Virus genome (UHGV): UHGV-1747927
Strand: one strand, 5' to 3'
DNA: 10,821 nucleotides
From: a virus
Part shown: positions 8,336 through 10,821 of the stretch, one piece after another
Numbering within the stretch: position 1 is the stretch's first letter
Layout of the letters: each line of letters starts with the position of its first letter
Position numbers and translations under genes: made by a program
The notes under the pieces: generated by a model
The model's database searches: none
Told to the model about the DNA's origin: nothing
Seen by the model: the letters and a program-made list of their open reading frames with translations, nothing else

Positions 8336-8365
8336 TTGTATCTATTTGAAAATAAATAGATACAA
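8336..8365. repeat. Perfect 12-bp-arm palindrome with 6-nt spacer (TTGTATCTATTT GAAAAT AAATAGATACAA)
   Basis: Read directly from the sequence. It lies in the AT-rich intergenic region between the terminator and OL3. Confidence 0.5.
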
Positions 8366-8450
8366 CTCACTAAACATAGCAGTTCAGATCTCTCACCTAC
8401 CAAACAATGCACCCCTGCAAAAAATAAATTCATATAAAAAACATACAGAT

Positions 8451-8513
8451 AACCATCTGCGGTGATGAATTATCTCTAGCGGTGTTGACATAAATACCAC
8501 TGGCGGTGATACT
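8451..8513 (+). promoter_or_regulatory. pL promoter with OL3-OL2-OL1 operators
   Basis: OL3 is AACCATCTGCGGTGATG (8451-8467), OL2 TATCTCTAGCGGTGTTG (8471-8487), OL1 TACCACTGGCGGTGATA (8495-8511). -35 TTGACA (8485-8490), 17-bp spacer, -10 GATACT (8508-8513). Nearly identical to lambda pL as recalled. Confidence 0.85.
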
Positions 8514-8581
8514 AAACACATCAGCAGGACGCACTACTCACCAGGGCGGTGAATATACAACGATTCAAATATGAATCTACG

Positions 8582-8596
8582 GCGCTGACAAAGCGC
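8582..8596 (+). promoter_or_regulatory. nutL boxB hairpin GCGCU-GACAA-AGCGC
   Basis: A 5-bp GC-rich stem with GACAA pentaloop about 60 nt downstream of the pL start. The same loop occurs in the nutR boxB. It matches the P22 boxB-left sequence as I recall it. No clear boxA was seen upstream. Confidence 0.5.
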
Positions 8597-8608
8597 AATA
8601 ACCAAAGT

Positions 8609-8710
8609 GAACTTTGGGGTGAATGCAGAAGCTAACCTTCTCGGCGGAGGCGCTTTGCAATGATTACGCTACCGGAGTTAGTCGCCCGGCTGTATTCACC
8701 GCCAAAGTTC
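8609..8710 (+). promoter_or_regulatory. Long-range leader stem enclosing about 70 nt upstream of N1 (candidate RNase III processing or translation-control structure)
   Basis: GAACTTTGGGGTGAAT (8609-8624) pairs with ATTCACCGCCAAAGTTC (8694-8710) with one bulge. The 3' arm ends 4 nt before the N1 Shine-Dalgarno (AGGAGG). The analogous stem before N2 carries compensatory changes. Confidence 0.45.
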
Positions 8711-8724
8711 ACCAGGAGGTCTAT

Positions 8725-9108
8725 ATGACACGCAGAACTCAGTTCAAAGGCAATTCACGTTCTCGTCGTCGTGAGCGTTTAAAGGCAAAGGCATTAGCTA
8801 ACGGCGTACTGGCCCGCGAAGAAGCAATAAGTTCAGAAGTATTACACCGCCCTACTCTAAGCAGAGCGCAGATTCAGGCTAAAGGTACTCACGAAACGCC
8901 TGAGCGCATAGAAGACGCTAAGCCAATTAAGTTCATGGCACAGGACGTGATCTGGCAACAGAAAGAATACAGACGCAATCTGGAGAGAGCGGCCATTGTG
9001 TACGCGAATGAGTTTGGACATAAGCAACCAGAAACTGGTGTATGTCTTCCAAATGTAGCTCTTTACGCAGCAGGATACCGGAAATCAAAACAACTGACGG
9101 CGAGATGA
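8725..9108 (+). CDS. N: N-like transcription antiterminator N1 (128 aa from the Shine-Dalgarno-supported ATG)
   Basis: First gene after pL and nutL. AGGAGG lies 6 nt upstream of the ATG at 8725. The N-terminal arginine-rich motif (KGNSRSRRRERLKAKALANG) resembles the P22-type ARM as recalled. The track start at 8623 would lie inside the leader stem and lacks a Shine-Dalgarno. Confidence 0.7.
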   Translation: MTRRTQFKGNSRSRRRERLKAKALANGVLAREEAISSEVLHRPTLSRAQIQAKGTHETPERIEDAKPIKFMAQDVIWQQKEYRRNLERAAIVYANEFGHKQPETGVCLPNVALYAAGYRKSKQLTAR

Positions 9109-9158
9109 CTTGTGTTGGTCGCCAGAAAATGAAATTAGGCAGCAAACCACTTATTTGA
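9105..9158 (+). other. 17-codon mini-ORF or fossil encoding a lambda-N-like C-terminus (MTCVGRQKMKLGSKPLI), -1 frame relative to N1
   Basis: Its ATG overlaps the N1 stop as ATGA. The peptide resembles the lambda N C-terminus (..ITCSGRQKIKGKSIPLI) as recalled. It is not in the N1 reading frame. Confidence 0.3.
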
Positions 9159-9166
9159 GGTGAGAT

Positions 9167-9637
9167 ATGACAAAATCATGGAGCGTACCTTTTCCTGAAT
9201 CAGAAACTGAACATGATGGAATGCCTGTTTTCTGGAGATTCCAAGCGACAGTTGAAGAAGATGGAATCAAAATATTCGCACTTCAATATATAGCTTTTCA
9301 TCAGACAGAGCATTATGCATGGTTGGTTCCTGCGCATTGGATTGTTAATTTTAAACCAGCACCAAATCAGTGGTTACAGGAATGGAAACAAAAGAGAAAT
9401 AGATATGCAATTAAGAAAGTAGCAAAAAATGCAGAAAGATCTTTTGCATTCCCAACGAAGAAACTTGCCATTGAGAGTTTATTGCGCCGGAAGAAATACC
9501 ATTTAATGAGAATCAAACAAGATTTGGCTGTTGTATCAACTCTTGTTGATGGGATGAAGAATATTGATACATCAACACCAGATATTGAATATAACTTTGG
9601 ACACAACCAAGAAACAGAAAATTGGGTATTCTACTAG
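9167..9637 (+). CDS. Hypothetical basic protein (156 aa), AT-rich cassette gene 1
   Basis: GAGGTG lies 5 nt upstream of the ATG. The composition is visibly AT-rich relative to the flanks and the C-terminal half is lysine/arginine-rich. No family recognised. Confidence 0.6.
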   Translation: MTKSWSVPFPESETEHDGMPVFWRFQATVEEDGIKIFALQYIAFHQTEHYAWLVPAHWIVNFKPAPNQWLQEWKQKRNRYAIKKVAKNAERSFAFPTKKLAIESLLRRKKYHLMRIKQDLAVVSTLVDGMKNIDTSTPDIEYNFGHNQETENWVFY

Positions 9638-9683
9638 GGCGCATAGCCGACTTTATTTTTGGCATAAACAATATGGGGTAAAA

Positions 9684-10010
9684 ATGAAAGTTTTAATGGT
9701 TTATGAAAATGTTCCAGAGTCGACTGAAATCTATATTTTTGATGCCAATGAAGATGAAGTTAACGATTTGAAATTGTCTCACGGAAATTACACAAATGCT
9801 AATTGTGATGAAAGTATCGAAAAAGCACTATCACGAGTTCTTGTCAGAATCAGTGATCCAGAACATTGTGATGATGATTGGCTTTCTTATTGTGAATCGG
9901 TAAAAACTGATGCAGGAAAATGGAGTAAAAGTAAAGTTGATAACTCAACCCCAATCATTATGAAAGATAGTGATATTGAAATGGTAATAATAACCGGAAT
10001 GATTATGTAG
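9684..10010 (+). CDS. Hypothetical acidic protein (108 aa), AT-rich cassette gene 2
   Basis: ATG at 9684 is preceded by GGGG. The track start at 9564 would overlap the upstream gene. The protein is Asp/Glu-rich and AT-rich. No family recognised. Confidence 0.5.
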   Translation: MKVLMVYENVPESTEIYIFDANEDEVNDLKLSHGNYTNANCDESIEKALSRVLVRISDPEHCDDDWLSYCESVKTDAGKWSKSKVDNSTPIIMKDSDIEMVIITGMIM

Positions 10011-10026
10011 GCTGCGAATAAGCACT

Positions 10027-10054
10027 GTGTATTCATTCCGACGAGTGAATACAC
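10027..10054. repeat. Perfect 9-bp-arm inverted repeat (GTGTATTCA, 10-nt spacer, TGAATACAC) 17 nt after the cassette stop
   Basis: Read directly. No U-tract follows on either strand, so it is not a canonical intrinsic terminator. Confidence 0.4.
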
Positions 10055-10400
10055 GGAGCAATGTCGCTCGTAACTAAACAGGAGCCGACTTGTTCTGATT
10101 ATTGGAAATCTTCTTTGCCATCCGAAATGCGGGAACTGAGTTTAACCAAACAGGAGGTGCCGTAATGGTGCACTAACGCGGTTAGACCGCAGCCGAAAGG
10201 CAATGCAGCAGTAATGATGCTGCCCCGAGTCGCGTAATGGCGAGCAGGTTTAGCAGACCGATGTGAGGGTAAATAAGGGAACATGCTCCGGAAAGGCAGC
10301 GCGAATGCCAGACGCGCACCGGTTATCAGCGGCTAATAAGCGACAGAGACTCAAGGGCATGAGCGCGCTCACTGCGAGAGTGTGAGTCAAAGAGTAGTTG

Positions 10401-10475
10401 GCTTTGGGGTGACGTGAAGTGCAGCTGCACGACGGCAACCGGAAGATAAGCACCCGGCGCGTCACCGCCAAAGTC
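10401..10475 (+). promoter_or_regulatory. Leader stem upstream of N2, analogous to the N1 leader stem
   Basis: GCTTTGGGGTGACG (10401-10414) pairs with CGTCACCGCCAAAGTC (10460-10475). The arms are the same as in the N1 stem except AAT/ATT is replaced by ACG/CGT, which preserves pairing. It is followed by the Shine-Dalgarno GGAGG and the ATG at 10493. Confidence 0.4.
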
Positions 10476-10492
10476 AATCATCGGAGGTCAAC

Positions 10493-10765
10493 ATGACAGT
10501 AGTCATTACTTATCTGGCTGACGATAACGCCAGAAATCGCCGCAGAGCACGCAGACAGGCTCAACGTGAACAGGCAATGCAAGAGCAGCGACTGGCGCGA
10601 AAAATTGCGCTGAAGCTCTCTGGTTGCGTCAGAGCAGATAAAGCAGCATCACTCGGAAGCCTTCGCTGCAAGAAGGCAGATGAATGCAGTGGAAGTATTT
10701 GCCTGCCAAACGTAGCCATTTACGCGGCAGGCTACCGGAAATCAAAACAACTGACAGCGAGGTAA
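10493..10765 (+). CDS. Second N-like protein N2 (90 aa) with a lambda-like arginine-rich motif and the same 21-aa C-terminal tail as N1
   Basis: GGAGG lies 6 nt upstream. The N-terminal ARM (NARNRRRARRQAQREQ) resembles the lambda N ARM (QTRRRERRAEKQAQ) as recalled. The C-terminal CLPNVAIYAAGYRKSKQLTAR is shared with N1. Confidence 0.6.
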   Translation: MTVVITYLADDNARNRRRARRQAQREQAMQEQRLARKIALKLSGCVRADKAASLGSLRCKKADECSGSICLPNVAIYAAGYRKSKQLTAR

Positions 10766-10768
10766 GTG

Positions 10769-10821
10769 ATGAATCAGACATACATTCCATCATGCTTGAG
10801 AAATCTGCCAAAGCAGAAAGC
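10769..10821 (+). CDS. Start of a further ORF running off the window (MNQTYIPSCLRNLPKQK...)
   Basis: ATG 3 nt after the N2 stop, open to the window end. Only 17 codons are visible, so support is weak. Confidence 0.2.
   Translation, partial: MNQTYIPSCLRNLPKQK

Noticed and set aside
8265-8465. 66-aa ORF across the terminator, palindrome and OL region
   Set aside because: It spans obvious regulatory DNA, is AT-rich low-complexity and has no ribosome-binding site.
8623-8724. Upstream extension of N1 to the ATG at 8623
   Set aside because: The extension has no Shine-Dalgarno, lies within the leader stem, and the ATG at 8725 has a strong AGGAGG site.
9564-9683. Upstream extension of the acidic cassette ORF to 9564
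   Set aside because: It would overlap the preceding gene by 74 nt in another frame. The ATG at 9684 has a plausible ribosome-binding site.
10099-10477. Minus-strand ORFs at 10099-10284 and 10250-10477 in the spacer upstream of N2
   Set aside because: They run antisense to the pL operon, lack clear ribosome-binding sites, and overlap the N2 leader stem. This is not certain, and a small gene is not excluded.
10761-10770. GGTAAGT after the N2 stop, which resembles a eukaryotic splice donor
   Set aside because: This is a chance match in a bacteriophage context with no supporting intron features.

Overview
This window is a lambdoid (lambda-like) phage or prophage early region, oriented opposite to the conventional lambda map. 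All calls rest on reading the sequence and recalled protein families; no searches were run. From left to right: a late-operon leader with a tR'-like terminator; a putative Q antiterminator; a nin region (NinH, RusA, YbcO-like, NinF-like, NinE-like, NinB-like, several small ORFs); a DnaB-type helicase and an O-like initiator with ori iterons; cII-like, cro and cI with lambda-type OR and OL operators; a KilA-N gene in the slot lambda uses for rexAB; pL and nutL; an N-like antiterminator (N1); an AT-rich two-gene cassette; and a second N-like gene (N2). The region is mosaic: lambda immunity is combined with boxB hairpins carrying a GACAA loop (P22-type as I recall) and a DnaB-type helicase instead of lambda P. 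The most unusual content is the tandem pair of N-like genes that share a conserved 21-codon 3' tail, the lambda-N-like C-terminus left in another frame after N1, the AT-rich cassette between them, and the broken KilA-N module next to cI. No tRNA, rRNA, CRISPR array or IS element was seen.
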